Of a stretch of 64,000 nt of DNA, positions 50,441 through 61,007 are shown one piece after another; the stretch's first letter is position 1, and each line of letters opens with the position of its first letter. This DNA is from an uncultured delta proteobacterium (GTDB taxonomy: Bacteria > Desulfobacterota > Desulfobacteria > Desulfobacterales > Desulfosalsimonadaceae): the NCBI GenBank assembly GCA_963826785.1, contig CAWGYD010000008.1:224001-288000 (forward strand). Reading direction: 5' to 3'. A program made the translations under genes and the position numbers. The notes beneath the pieces are model-generated. The model had not been told where the DNA came from and ran no database searches. It saw nothing but the letters and a program-made list of their open reading frames with translations.

Positions 50441-53400
50441 ATGTTCTCCCGGTTTTTTATCGAACGCCCCATCTTCGCCAACGTGCTGGCCATCGTCATC
50501 GTCATCATCGGGGGAATTGCCCTGATGCGCCTGCCCATTACCAAATACCCCGACATCACGCCCCCCACCATCACCGTGAGCACCTTCTTCCCGGGCGCCA
50601 GTGCCAGGATACTGGTGGAGAGCGTGGCCCGGCCCATCGAAGAGGCGGTCAACGGGGTGGAGGGGATGCTGTACATGCAATCGAACAGCGCCGGCAATGG
50701 GGCATACAGCCTGACGGTGACTTTCCAGATCGGCTCCGATATCAACACCGACCAGATCCTGGTGCAAAACCGCGTCTCTTCGGCGCTTTCTCTTTTGCCC
50801 GTCGAGGTTCAGCGCCAGGGGGTCACCACCCGCAAGTCCTCCACGTCCATTCTGCAGGTGATCACCCTGACGTCACCGGACGAACGCTATGACAGCCTTT
50901 TTCTCGACAATTACGCCCTGATCAACCTCAAGGAGGAACTGCTGCGCCTGGACGGGGTGGGCAACATCCAGATTTTCGGGGTCGGCTCCTATGCCATGCG
51001 CATCTGGCTGAATCCCGCCATCATGCAGAGCTATAACCTGACCCCCGCCGATGTGGTTCAGGCCATCCAGGGACAGAATATCCAGGTGGCCGCCGGGGAA
51101 ATCGGATCACCGCCCGTTCCTTCCGGGCAGGACTTCCAGTACAGCGTCCGGGTGCAGGGGCGCCTTGAGCAGGTGGGGGAATTTGAAAACATCATCGTCA
51201 AAAGCCAGACGGAGCAGGCCGGCCAGATCATCCGCATCAAGGACCTGGGACGGGTGGAACTCGGGTCCCAGACCTACAGCCAGTTCAACGAAAAAAACGG
51301 CACTCCCTCCGCCGGTATCGCCGTTTTCCAGCTTCCCGGCGCCAACGCCCTGAAGGTGGCGGGGGAGGTCAAAAGCGCCATGGAGCGACTGAGCCAATCC
51401 TTTCCCGCCGGCCTCGAATACAGCATCCCTTTTGACACCACCATGTTTGTCCGCGCCTCCATCGATGAGGTCTACCGGACCCTTTTCGAAGCGATCGCCC
51501 TGGTGCTGGTGGTGATCCTGCTCTTCCTCCAGATCATGCGCACCATGATCATTCCCGCCACCGCACTGCCGGTGACCATTCTGGGGGCCTTCGTGGCCAT
51601 GGCCACCCTCGGGTACACCATCAACATGGTGACCATGTTCGCCCTGGTGCTGGCCATCGGCATCGTGGTCGATGACGGCATCATCATCGTGGAAGGGGTC
51701 ACCCACCACATGGAACAGGGACTTGCCCCCAAGGAAGCGACCATCGAGGCCATGGGGGAACTCAGCAGCCCCATTTACGGAATCACCGTGGTGCTCATGG
51801 CCGTATTTGTCCCCGCCGTTTTCATGTCCGGGGTGACCGGGCATCTCTACCGGCAGTTCTCCCTGGTCATCGCCGCCACCGCCCTGATCAGCGCCTTCAA
51901 CGCCCTGACCCTCCAGCCGGCCCAGTGCGTCCTCTATCTCAAGCCGAAGAAGAAAAAAGAGCGGCCGAACTTCATCTACCGCATTTTCAATTCTTTTTAC
52001 GACGCCGGGGAGCGGATTTTCCTGCGGCTGATCAGATGGATGACGCGGCACACCCTCATAATGGTGGCGGCCTATGCGGTCCTGATCGGCATTGCCGTCT
52101 GGCTGTTCGGGACCCTGCCCCGGGGGTTTCTGCCCACGGAGGACCAGGGCTATGTTCTGGTCAGCACGGAGTTGCCCCAGGCGGCTTCCCTTCAGCGCAC
52201 CCATGCGGTGGCGGAAAAAATGAACGCGGTTTACAAGACCATCCCCGGCATCAAGGACTGGGTCACGGTGGGGGGGATTTCCCTGCTGGAAGGCTTTGCC
52301 GCCAAATCCAATTCCGCGGTCACCTTCGTCATTCTTGAAAACTGGAGCCAGCGCGGATCTAAGCTTTCCTCGGATGCCATCACGGCACTTCTCCAGAAAA
52401 AGCTTTCCGCCATCCGGGAGGCCACGTTTTTTGCCACCCAGCCCCCCGCTATCCAGGGACTCGGCATCGTCACCGGTTTCGAGATGCAGGTGGGGCTGAA
52501 AGGCGGGAGCCTTGATTTCGATCAACTGCAGAAAGCGGTGCAAAAACTCATCAAGACCGCTTCCGCCAACCCCGGCATCGTCGGCCTCACCACCCCCTTC
52601 AACCCGGATGTGCCGCAGATCAATGCCAATGTCGATCGCCTCAAGGCGGAGGTGTTCGAGACCCCGGTGATCGATGTGTTCAACACGCTTCAGGCCTATC
52701 TGGGGTCTTCCTTTGTAAACCAGTTCAACCAGTTCGGGCAGACTTTCCAGGTCTACGTTCAGGCCGAGGGCGCTTTCCGGAACTCGCCGGAGGATATCGG
52801 CAACCTGTTTGTGCGCAATCAGAAAGGGCAGATGGTGCCCATGGGCAATTTGGTGGAGGTCAGTTTCACCAACGCCCCCTATTTTATCTCCCTGTACAAT
52901 CTCTACCCGTCCGCGGCGATCATCGGCAGCACAACGCCCGGATTCAGTTCAGGCCAGGCGATTTCCACCATGGAAAAAATCGCCGACAAGATCCTGCCAC
53001 AAAACATGGTCTACCAGTGGACGGGCATGTCCTTCCAGGAAAAGGCGGTGGGGCACCAGATCATCTACGTCTTTTTCCTTTCCGTGCTGCTGGTCTTTCT
53101 CACCCTGGCGGCCCAGTACGAAAGCTGGGCAAGCCCCCTGGCCGTGATTCTTTCCGTGCCCCTGGCCGTGCTGGGCATCACCCTGGCCCTGACCTTCAGG
53201 GGATACGAGATCAATGTGTACACCGAGATCGGCATCGTTTTGCTGGTGGCGCTGGCCAGCAAGAACGCCATCCTCATCGTCGACTATGCCCGGAATATCC
53301 GCAAGGAAGGCCGCTCGATCATCGACGCGGCCGTTCAAGCCTCCCAGCGACGGCTGCGCCCCATCCTGATGACCTCCCTGGCCTTTGTCTTCGGCGTCCT

Positions 53401-53563
53401 CCCGCTGTTTATCGCCACCGGAGCGGGGGCCACCGGCCGAAGGGACATCGGCACCGCGGTGATCGGGGGCATGCTCACCTCCACTTTTCTGGCCATGCTG
53501 TTCGTGCCGGTATTTTTCGTTATCACCCAGCGGTTGAGTGAGTGGTGGGAAAATCGGGGGTAA
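50441..53563 (+). CDS. RND efflux permease (HAE1, AcrB/MexF-like)
   Basis: MFSRFFIERPIFA, AIGIVVDDGII, KNAILIV, RLRPILMTS; 1040 aa. Confidence 0.96.
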   Translation: MFSRFFIERPIFANVLAIVIVIIGGIALMRLPITKYPDITPPTITVSTFFPGASARILVESVARPIEEAVNGVEGMLYMQSNSAGNGAYSLTVTFQIGSDINTDQILVQNRVSSALSLLPVEVQRQGVTTRKSSTSILQVITLTSPDERYDSLFLDNYALINLKEELLRLDGVGNIQIFGVGSYAMRIWLNPAIMQSYNLTPADVVQAIQGQNIQVAAGEIGSPPVPSGQDFQYSVRVQGRLEQVGEFENIIVKSQTEQAGQIIRIKDLGRVELGSQTYSQFNEKNGTPSAGIAVFQLPGANALKVAGEVKSAMERLSQSFPAGLEYSIPFDTTMFVRASIDEVYRTLFEAIALVLVVILLFLQIMRTMIIPATALPVTILGAFVAMATLGYTINMVTMFALVLAIGIVVDDGIIIVEGVTHHMEQGLAPKEATIEAMGELSSPIYGITVVLMAVFVPAVFMSGVTGHLYRQFSLVIAATALISAFNALTLQPAQCVLYLKPKKKKERPNFIYRIFNSFYDAGERIFLRLIRWMTRHTLIMVAAYAVLIGIAVWLFGTLPRGFLPTEDQGYVLVSTELPQAASLQRTHAVAEKMNAVYKTIPGIKDWVTVGGISLLEGFAAKSNSAVTFVILENWSQRGSKLSSDAITALLQKKLSAIREATFFATQPPAIQGLGIVTGFEMQVGLKGGSLDFDQLQKAVQKLIKTASANPGIVGLTTPFNPDVPQINANVDRLKAEVFETPVIDVFNTLQAYLGSSFVNQFNQFGQTFQVYVQAEGAFRNSPEDIGNLFVRNQKGQMVPMGNLVEVSFTNAPYFISLYNLYPSAAIIGSTTPGFSSGQAISTMEKIADKILPQNMVYQWTGMSFQEKAVGHQIIYVFFLSVLLVFLTLAAQYESWASPLAVILSVPLAVLGITLALTFRGYEINVYTEIGIVLLVALASKNAILIVDYARNIRKEGRSIIDAAVQASQRRLRPILMTSLAFVFGVLPLFIATGAGATGRRDIGTAVIGGMLTSTFLAMLFVPVFFVITQRLSEWWENRG

Positions 53564-53575
53564 AAGATGGGGCCG

Positions 53576-54496
53576 TCATTGCCTCCGGAATGCCTCCGCC
53601 TCGATAAAAATCCGTTTGATGATGGGGTATTCTTTCCTGATGCTTTTTTCCAGGCGATCGATGGCATCCGTCAGATCGGACGCGGGCAGGTTTTCGCAAA
53701 ATTCGATGTCGATGTTGAGCAGCACCTGATCGGGGGACAGGTGCATGGTCAGGGTGCGGTGCACTTTTTTCACCGAGGCGTCGGCTTCTACAATTTTTTC
53801 GATGCCCCGGATCACCTCGATATCCACGCTCTCGCCCAGCAGCAGCCCCCTGCCCTCATACGCAAGGAAAATAGCTGTCGCTGCCAGGATGATCCCGATG
53901 AGGATGGAAGCGCCGCCGTCGAAATAGGGGTTGTTGAAATGATGGCTCAAGAAAACCCCCAGGGCCGCGACCACCAGACCGGAAAGCGCCGCCGAATCCT
54001 CGCTGATCACCGTATAAAGCGCCGGATCCTTGCTCCCATGCAGGGTTTTCCAAAACCCCTGGTAGTTTTCGGTGCCGAGCAGCTGCTTGATGGCGATGGA
54101 CCAGGAAACGGACTCTGCAACAAAAGCGATTCCCAGGACGATGTAATTCCAGGTGGGGTCCTTTATCTCATTGGGATGCTGAAAATGCATGATCCCCTCG
54201 TAAAAGGACATGCCGCCCCCCATGCTGAAAAGAAGGACGGCCACCATCAGGCCCCAGAAATAGATTTCCTTTCCGTGGCCGAAGGGATGAAGATCGTCCG
54301 CGGGTTTCCGGCTCCTGCTCATTCCCAGAAGAAGCAAAAGTTCATTGCCGGTGTCCACGACGGAATGGATGCCCTCGGACACCATGGCCGAACTGCCGGT
54401 GATCATCGCGGCCGTGAACTTGCTGGCGGCCACCACCATATTGGCCGCCAGTGCTCCGTAGACGGCGATGTGGCTTTCCCCTGACGCTCTTGCCAT
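53576..54496 (-). CDS. Cation diffusion facilitator family transporter
   Basis: SEGIHSVVD, HPFGHGKE, EDSAA. Confidence 0.92.
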   Translation of the reverse strand: MARASGESHIAVYGALAANMVVAASKFTAAMITGSSAMVSEGIHSVVDTGNELLLLLGMSRSRKPADDLHPFGHGKEIYFWGLMVAVLLFSMGGGMSFYEGIMHFQHPNEIKDPTWNYIVLGIAFVAESVSWSIAIKQLLGTENYQGFWKTLHGSKDPALYTVISEDSAALSGLVVAALGVFLSHHFNNPYFDGGASILIGIILAATAIFLAYEGRGLLLGESVDIEVIRGIEKIVEADASVKKVHRTLTMHLSPDQVLLNIDIEFCENLPASDLTDAIDRLEKSIRKEYPIIKRIFIEAEAFRRQ

Positions 54497-54519
54497 GATC
54501 TTGATCCTCTGCGATTAAC

Positions 54520-54561
54520 TATTGTCCATCCACAAATTATCTCATTCGTGGATGGACAATA
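54520..54561. repeat. 42-bp hairpin, an internally deleted relative of the 783-923 MITE
   Basis: TATTGTCCATCCACAAATTATCTCATTCGTGGATGGACAATA shares ACAAATTATCTCATTCGTGGATGGACA exactly with 896-922. Confidence 0.8.
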
Positions 54562-54572
54562 AGAATAACCCT

Positions 54573-55271
54573 TCAGAAATTAATCACCCGGAAAATATAC
54601 TTGAGGCAAAAATAGATCCCGATCAGGATAAAAAGGACGCCGGTGATACCTCTAAACCAGCGTTCCAGGACCTTCAGGCGGTTGAAAAACAGGCCGGCGG
54701 CCCTTCCGCTGTAGGCGATGAGGATGGCAAATCCGATCACCGGCGCCGCGGTCCCGATTCCGAAAAAAAGCGGCAGAATCAAGCGGGAGCGAAGCTCCAG
54801 GGACAGGGGAATCACCCCGCCGAAAAAAAGGGCCGCAGATACCGGGCAAAACGTCAGCGCGAATAAAAACCCCAGGGCCACCGCCCCGCCGATGCCGCTG
54901 TCCCCCAGCCGTTTCAGCAGGTTCGCATTTACGGCAAATGACGGCAGCTGAACCGGGATGAGTTCCAGGATGAACAGGCCGGTCACCAGCAGAATGGGAC
55001 CCAGGATCTGGTTCATGTGGATCTGGAGAAAGTTGGCCACCCCGGGAATGGAAATCAGCCCCGCAATGAGGGCGGATGCAATCATCACGTAGGACAGGGT
55101 GCGGCCAACGGTATAGGAAATTGCCGCCAGCACCGTGGCATAGGGCGAATTGATCTGCTTTCCGATATACGTGGTGGCGGCGATATTGGTGGCCAGGGGG
55201 CACGGGCTGATGGAGGTGAGAATGCCAAGCCAGATGACGGAAAAAATCTGTGCGGCGCTGAAATCCATCAT
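54573..55271 (-). CDS. arsG: ArsG-family (DsbD/CcdA-like) permease
   Basis: SISPCPLATN, FCPVSAALFF; position in the ars cluster. Confidence 0.8.
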   Translation of the reverse strand: MMDFSAAQIFSVIWLGILTSISPCPLATNIAATTYIGKQINSPYATVLAAISYTVGRTLSYVMIASALIAGLISIPGVANFLQIHMNQILGPILLVTGLFILELIPVQLPSFAVNANLLKRLGDSGIGGAVALGFLFALTFCPVSAALFFGGVIPLSLELRSRLILPLFFGIGTAAPVIGFAILIAYSGRAAGLFFNRLKVLERWFRGITGVLFILIGIYFCLKYIFRVINF

Positions 55272-55729
55272 TGTTGTCTCATCCAGCCGCTGATCTCGGA
55301 TGCGACGTATTGATCAAACTGCGCCTCATCCCGCACATAGGTCCAGATCTTTTCCAGGTTTTTCCACCGGATCTCCTTGCCGTCCTTGACTTCGGAAATA
55401 ATCAGGGACTTGGTATAGAGCTGGTAATCCTGGTTATAATGTTCGTTTCCCGAATGATCCACGTTGATGATGCGCCAGACCAGCGTCTTGTTTTTCAATT
55501 CTTCCGAAAAATGGTTTTCGATGGCTTCATTGGACAATTCTTCCAGTTTGTGGCAGGTCGGACAGCGCACTGTGTTGTGGAAATAGGTGGCGACGAAATA
55601 ATGGGACGGATTTTCGATTTCCGGTGCAGGCCCCTGACCCGGTTCTGCAGCCGAAACAGCCGGAATGATACATGCAAACATAAAAGCGAGACAAATACAA
55701 ATGGTCTTCAGGTTTCGTTTAACCGACAT
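55268..55729 (-). CDS. arsF: ArsF-family exported thioredoxin-like protein
   Basis: Signal peptide; YFH..RCPTC; WKNLEKIW. Confidence 0.78.
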   Translation of the reverse strand: MSVKRNLKTICICLAFMFACIIPAVSAAEPGQGPAPEIENPSHYFVATYFHNTVRCPTCHKLEELSNEAIENHFSEELKNKTLVWRIINVDHSGNEHYNQDYQLYTKSLIISEVKDGKEIRWKNLEKIWTYVRDEAQFDQYVASEISGWMRQQ

Positions 55730-55946
55730 CAAAACAATCTCCTCCAATGATGATAATTCAACCATTCAAAAGCCGCCATTTCAACCGGGTCCCATGGTGA
55801 GGACAAAGGGCGGGGTATAAGACAGATCTAAATCAAAGAACAGTTCATCGCTTTGAAAAACGATATGTATTTATTGAATACTTGACGCATGGCATCCCCC
55901 AGCGAGCATCCTCACCGTCATTTCGGCCGTCATTAAGCCCGAAGAC

Positions 55947-57041
55947 CTAAGGTCTGCAGCTGACATGGCACACGCCCGTTGGCGTTTCAACCGCATAGGG
56001 GAAATATTTTCGTTTGAACCACAGGGCCGCGTTCACCAGGGAAATCAGCACCGGCACTTCCACCAGGGGGCCGATGACCGCTGCAAAGGCCTGACCCGAA
56101 TCGATGCCGAATACGGACACCGCCACGGCGATGGCCAGTTCGAAATTGTTCGAGGCCGCCGTAAAGGAGAGCGTGGTGGCCTGTTCATAGGTGGCCCTGA
56201 CCTTCATGGACATGTAAAAGGACATGAAAAACATGATGATGAAGTAAATACACAGGGGGATGGCCACCCGGACCACATCCAGCGGCAGTTCAACGATGTA
56301 TTCGCCCTTGAGCGAAAACATCACCAGTATGGTAAAGAGCAGGGCCGCCAGGGTGATGGGGCTGATCATGGGGATGAAATTTTCTTCGTAGCGTTTTGCG
56401 CCCACGGTTTTTAAACCGATGATCCGGGACAGCACCCCCGCGATAAAGGGGATGCCCAGATAGATAAAAACGCTCTGGGCGATCTGCTTCATGGAGATGT
56501 CAACGACCATGCCGGACAGCCCCATCCATTGCGGCAGCACGGTGATAAACACGTATGCGTACACGGAAAAAAAGAGCACCTGGAAAATCGAGTTGAAGGC
56601 CACCAGGCCGGCGCAGTATTCCCGGTCCCCGGCGGCCAGGTCGTTCCAGACGATGACCATGGCGATACAGCGGGCCAGGCCGATCAGGATCAGCCCCGCC
56701 ATGTATTCCGGGTAGCCGGATAAAAAGGCCACCGCCAGCAGAAACATCAGCACGGGGCCGATGACCCAGTTCTGGGCCAGTGACAGGGCGAGCACCTTGG
56801 CATCTTTGAATACGTAGCCCAATTTTTCGTATTTGACCTTGGCCAGCGGCGGGTACATCATCAGGATCAGGCCGATGGCAATGGGGATATTGGTGGTGCC
56901 CACCGTAAATTTGTCGATCACCCGGCTGATCTGCGGAAAGAAGTATCCGCCGCCCACGCCGATGAACATGGCCAGAAATATCCACAGGGTGAGAAACCGG
57001 TCCAGAAAGGAAAGCTTTTTGATGGTTGGATCGTTCATCAT
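55947..57041 (-). CDS. acr3: ACR3 family arsenite efflux transporter
   Basis: [41 protein letters not shown]. Confidence 0.96.
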   Translation of the reverse strand: MMNDPTIKKLSFLDRFLTLWIFLAMFIGVGGGYFFPQISRVIDKFTVGTTNIPIAIGLILMMYPPLAKVKYEKLGYVFKDAKVLALSLAQNWVIGPVLMFLLAVAFLSGYPEYMAGLILIGLARCIAMVIVWNDLAAGDREYCAGLVAFNSIFQVLFFSVYAYVFITVLPQWMGLSGMVVDISMKQIAQSVFIYLGIPFIAGVLSRIIGLKTVGAKRYEENFIPMISPITLAALLFTILVMFSLKGEYIVELPLDVVRVAIPLCIYFIIMFFMSFYMSMKVRATYEQATTLSFTAASNNFELAIAVAVSVFGIDSGQAFAAVIGPLVEVPVLISLVNAALWFKRKYFPYAVETPTGVCHVSCRP

Positions 57042-57069
57042 TCCATTTCCCTAATAGATGGTAGGGTTT

Positions 57070-57303
57070 TTATCCGGCAATCCAGCTCAGGACCTCTTCC
57101 TTTTTGGGAACTTTCCCCACCGATTTGACCTGTCCGTCGATGATCACGGCCGGGGTTCCCATCACCCCGTGTTTGGCAATTTCCATCATATCGGACACTT
57201 TTTCGACAGATGCGTCAATGCCGCTTTCCGCAACCGCTTCTTCTACGATTTTTTCCGTTTTCGCGCATTTGGCACAACCCGGGCCCAATACTTTGATTTC
57301 CAT
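57070..57303 (-). CDS. Small redox-active disulfide protein (MTH895/ArsE-like thioredoxin)
   Basis: MEIKVLGPGCAKC..GVMGTPA; GGAGG RBS. Confidence 0.9.
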   Translation of the reverse strand: MEIKVLGPGCAKCAKTEKIVEEAVAESGIDASVEKVSDMMEIAKHGVMGTPAVIIDGQVKSVGKVPKKEEVLSWIAG

Positions 57304-57342
57304 TTTTTCCTCCTTCATCTTCATAAAGCCATAGATGCATTG

Positions 57343-57411
57343 CACCCCCTTTAATTCCCCCCTTGAGAGGGCATCCTTTAATTCCCCCCTTGAGGGGGGG
57401 AAGGGGGGTGT
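57343..57411. repeat. CCCCCCTTGAGGGGGG-family element with two tandem units, inside the ars operon
   Basis: CCTTTAATTCCCCCCTTGAG occurs twice; ends GGGGGGTGT. Confidence 0.8.
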
Positions 57412-57423
57412 TGGCAAGAGCAC

Positions 57424-58506
57424 TCATATCACCAGGTTAAACAGATATCCCACCCCCAGGATGCCGCCGGCCACCACCAGGATAAAGGTCCATATCAATC
57501 TCATTTTCAGAACTTTTCGCAGGATCACCATTTCCGGGAAGGACAGCGCGATCACCGACATCATGAAGGCCAGCACCGTCCCCAGGGCCGCGCCCTTGCC
57601 CAGCAGGGCTTCCACCACCGGCACGATCCCGGCGGCATTGGAATACATGGGCACCCCGATCAGTACCGCCAGCGGCACGCTCCACCAGTTGCCCTTTCCC
57701 ATGATCGACGCCATGACCTCCTGGGGGACGAACCCGTGGATTCCGGCGCCCACGGCGATCCCGGCAATCACGTAAACCCAGACCCTGCCCACGATTTCGA
57801 TGACGGCATCTTTTGCATAAACGATGCGCTCCTGCCAGGTCATTTTCGTGCCTTCGGCATCCTGCGCGCCCGTGCGGATCTGGGTCACCCAGTCTTCGAT
57901 ATGGCCTTCCAGTTTCAGCCGGCCCAGGACCCATCCGGCCGAAATGGCCACAAACAGGCCGGTTCCCGCATACAGCAGGGCGATTTTCCAGCCCAGGAGC
58001 CCATAGAGCAGGCCCAGCGCGATTTCATTGACCAGGGGCGCGGCGATTAAAAAGGAAAAGGTCACCCCCAGCGGCACCCCGGCGCTCACAAACCCGATAA
58101 ACAGCGGAACGGCCGAGCAGGAGCAGAACGGCGTGACCACGCCCAGCAGGGCCGCCAGCACGTTTCCGATAAACTCGGTCCGCCCCGAGAGCATGGCGCG
58201 GGTCTTTTCCGGGGTGAAAAAACTCCGGATGAGCCCGACGCCGAATACCACCAGGACCAGCAGCATCAGCACCTTGGGGGTTTCATAGAGCAAAAACGCG
58301 ACGGCACTTCCGGCATGTCCCTCTGGATTGAACCCCAGCGCAGAAAACGTCAGAAAAGTGGCCGCGGATTCAAGCCGCTGATATACCAGCCACCACAGGA
58401 GAACCGCCGCGGCCCCGATGATCAGCAGAACCGGCAGTGAAAGACCGGACAGCCGCAATTGCCGCACGGTGGAAGTCTCGGATATCTCCTCCGGGTTACG
58501 GTTCAT
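57424..58506 (-). CDS. arsP: ArsP (DUF318) permease
   Basis: TPFCSCS, FLIAAPLVN, GVPMYSN, ALSFPE. Confidence 0.9.
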   Translation of the reverse strand: MNRNPEEISETSTVRQLRLSGLSLPVLLIIGAAAVLLWWLVYQRLESAATFLTFSALGFNPEGHAGSAVAFLLYETPKVLMLLVLVVFGVGLIRSFFTPEKTRAMLSGRTEFIGNVLAALLGVVTPFCSCSAVPLFIGFVSAGVPLGVTFSFLIAAPLVNEIALGLLYGLLGWKIALLYAGTGLFVAISAGWVLGRLKLEGHIEDWVTQIRTGAQDAEGTKMTWQERIVYAKDAVIEIVGRVWVYVIAGIAVGAGIHGFVPQEVMASIMGKGNWWSVPLAVLIGVPMYSNAAGIVPVVEALLGKGAALGTVLAFMMSVIALSFPEMVILRKVLKMRLIWTFILVVAGGILGVGYLFNLVI

Positions 58507-58720
58507 TTTAAATATCCTTTTTTATGTCATTTTCGCCATATAGACATACAGCGATGTATTTACAGAAAAATTTGATTATCCATATAATACCAGCAGTAGA
58601 TTTTTTATTGTCACTTTCTCCCCCCTTTTGCATAAAGGGGGGCGGGGGGGGATTTTTAATTTTCCAATCAAACGCTTTGCTGCATAAGCTGGAGTTTCCC
58701 GAATAAGCAGGCAAAAAGGA

Positions 58721-59065
58721 TTACCGGCCGCAAATGATTTCCCGCCGGATTTCCGGTAAGCGCGCGTGCAAGTCCTGTATTTCGGGATCATCATCCAGCC
58801 AGTGCCGCAGGCTGCCGATGAGGCTTGCCGCATACGGGCTGGCGCCGCCGTCGGCCAGGGTGTAATTGACCCATAGCCCGTCCTTGCGGTAAACGATGAG
58901 CCCCGCATCCCCCAGAATCTGGAGATGCTTGCTGGCGGTGGACTGTGCAATTCCCAGCGCCGCCTGGATCTCGCAAACACACATCATTCTTCGCTGGAGC
59001 ATTTTCATGATCTTGATCCGGCTGGGATCGGACAGCGCTTTCATCACCTTGATAAACGGTTTCAT
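58721..59065 (-). CDS. arsR: ArsR/SmtB family repressor
   Basis: KALSDPSR, MCVCEI, QSTASKHL, G.WVNY; start set at the second ATG for correct GAGGAG spacing. Confidence 0.94.
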   Translation of the reverse strand: MKPFIKVMKALSDPSRIKIMKMLQRRMMCVCEIQAALGIAQSTASKHLQILGDAGLIVYRKDGLWVNYTLADGGASPYAASLIGSLRHWLDDDPEIQDLHARLPEIRREIICGR

Positions 59066-59077
59066 GGACATCTCCTC

Positions 59078-59121
59078 ATATCGTTAAATTGGAATATAGT
59101 GGTATTTGCGGGGTCTGTCAA
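59078..59121 (-). promoter_or_regulatory. Sigma70 promoter of arsR with an overlapping imperfect ATAT-N12-ATAT operator-like site
   Basis: Minus strand TTGACA-N17-TATATT; a similar ACAT-N12-ATAT lies upstream of arsP near 58538-58557. Confidence 0.6.
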
Positions 59122-59377
59122 GCAGGAAATTCCGGACAAAAACAGCTATGATATGCCCTCAATACTGACGATGGCGATCAATCTGGTTTTACCGGTTGAC
59201 AGCGCTAATAAATATTTTTTATATAAAAATCATATTCTTAAAATATACATGGCGCTGTTGATAAAGCAAAGCGCGCAAGCCGCATTTAAACATCGCCGAT
59301 GATGCTCAAGATAATCATTACCTGGGCAATTTACTAATAATCAATGATTATAAGCATATACAAAGGACTGAGCACCG

Positions 59378-61007
59378 ATGGCCAACCATAACGGCAACGG
59401 GAAATCCCTCGAATCCTGGATCTGGGATGCCGCCTGTTCCATCCGTGGGGCCAAGGACGCGCCGAAATACAAGGACTACATCCTCCCGCTGATCTTCACC
59501 AAGCGCCTCTGCGACGTCTTCGATGACGAGCTGAACCGCATCGCCGCCGAGGTCGGCTCGCGCAAGAAGGCCTTCCAGCTCGCCAAAATGGATTGGCAGC
59601 GGGCACGACGACAAGACTGCAAAGATGCCGCTTCTATTCTTTACCCCTCGTGCCGGACGATCCCGAGCAGCCGGTCTGGTCCGTCATCCGCAAGCTCTCC
59701 GACAAGATCGGCGAAGGCGTCACCACCCACATGCGGGCCATCGCCCGGGAAAACCCGCTGCTGCAGGGCATCATCGACCGCGTCGATTTCAACGCCACCA
59801 CCCACGGCCAGCGCGACCTCGACGACGACCGCCTCTCCAACCTCATCGAGGCCATCAGCACCAAGCGCCTCGGGCTCGACGACGTCGAGGCCGACATCAT
59901 CGGCAAGAGCTACGAATACCTCATCCGCAAGTTCGCCGAGGGCGGCGGCCAGAGCGCCGGCGAGTTCTACACCCCGCCCGAGGTCGGCACCATCATGTCC
60001 CGGGTCCTCCAGCCCGAGCCCGGCATGGAAATCTACGACCCCACCTGCGGCTCCGGCGGCCTCCTCGTGAAATGCGAGATCGCCATGGAGGAAAAACGGA
60101 GGGCGGGTTTTCCAACCCGCCATTTGAAAGGCGGACAGGAATGTCCGCCCTCCTTTGCCCCCCTGAAACTGTTCGGCCAGGAATACACCCCCGAGACCTG
60201 GGCCATGGCCAACATGAACATGATCATCCACGACATGGAGGGCCAGATCGAGATCGGCGACACCTTCAAGAACCCCAAATTCCGCAACAAGCAGGGCAAA
60301 CTCCGCACCTTCGACCGCGTCGTCGCCAATCCCATGTGGAACCAGGACTGGTTCACCGAGGCCGACTACGACAACGACGAACTCGACCGCTTCCCCGCCG
60401 GGGCCGGCTTCCCCGGCAAATCCTCCGCCGACTGGGGCTGGGTCCAGCACATGCACGCCAGCCTCAATCCGGAACCGGCCGCGCCGCCGTCGTCCTCGAC
60501 ACCGGCGCCGCCTCCCGCGGCTCGGGCAATGCCGGCACCAACAAGGAAAAAACCGTCCGCCAGTGGTTCGTCGACCACGACCTCATCGAGAGCGTCCTCT
60601 ACCTGCCCGAAAACCTCTTCTACAACACCACCGCCCCGGGCATCGTCCTCTTCCTCAACCGGGCCAAGCCCAAGGCCCGAAAGGGCAAGGTCTTCCTCGT
60701 CAACGCCAGCCAGATCTTCGAAAAGGGCGACCCCAAGAACTTCATCCCGGACGAGGGCATCCAGCGCATCGCCGACACCCTCATCGGGTGGAAGGAAGAG
60801 GAAAAACTCAGCCGCATCGTCGATCACGCCGAGCTTGCGAAAAACGACTACAACATCTCCCCCAGCCGCTACATCCACACCAGCGACGCCGAAACCTACC
60901 GGCCCATCGCCGAGATCGTCGCGGAACTGAAAGCCATCGAAGCCGAGGCAAAAGAGACCGACAAGGCCCTTAGCAAAATCCTCAAGCAACTCGGAATCGG
61001 CGCATGA
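59378..61007 (+). CDS. hsdM: Type I restriction-modification methyltransferase, frameshifted near 59590-59645 and 60470
   Basis: IWDAACSIRG, GEFYTP, YDPTCGSGG, ANPMW, LPENLFYNT, YNISPSRY across three frames. Confidence 0.92.
60098..60153. repeat. Inverted REP-like doublet read in-frame within hsdM
   Basis: GGAG-GGCGGGTT-TTCC-AACCCGCC and, on the other strand, GGAG-GGCGGACA-TTCC-TGTCCGCC, separated by 8 bp. Confidence 0.75.

Noticed and set aside
59100..59377. Integration (att) site at the RM island edge
   Set aside because: AT-rich, but no tRNA, integrase or direct repeat is visible in the window
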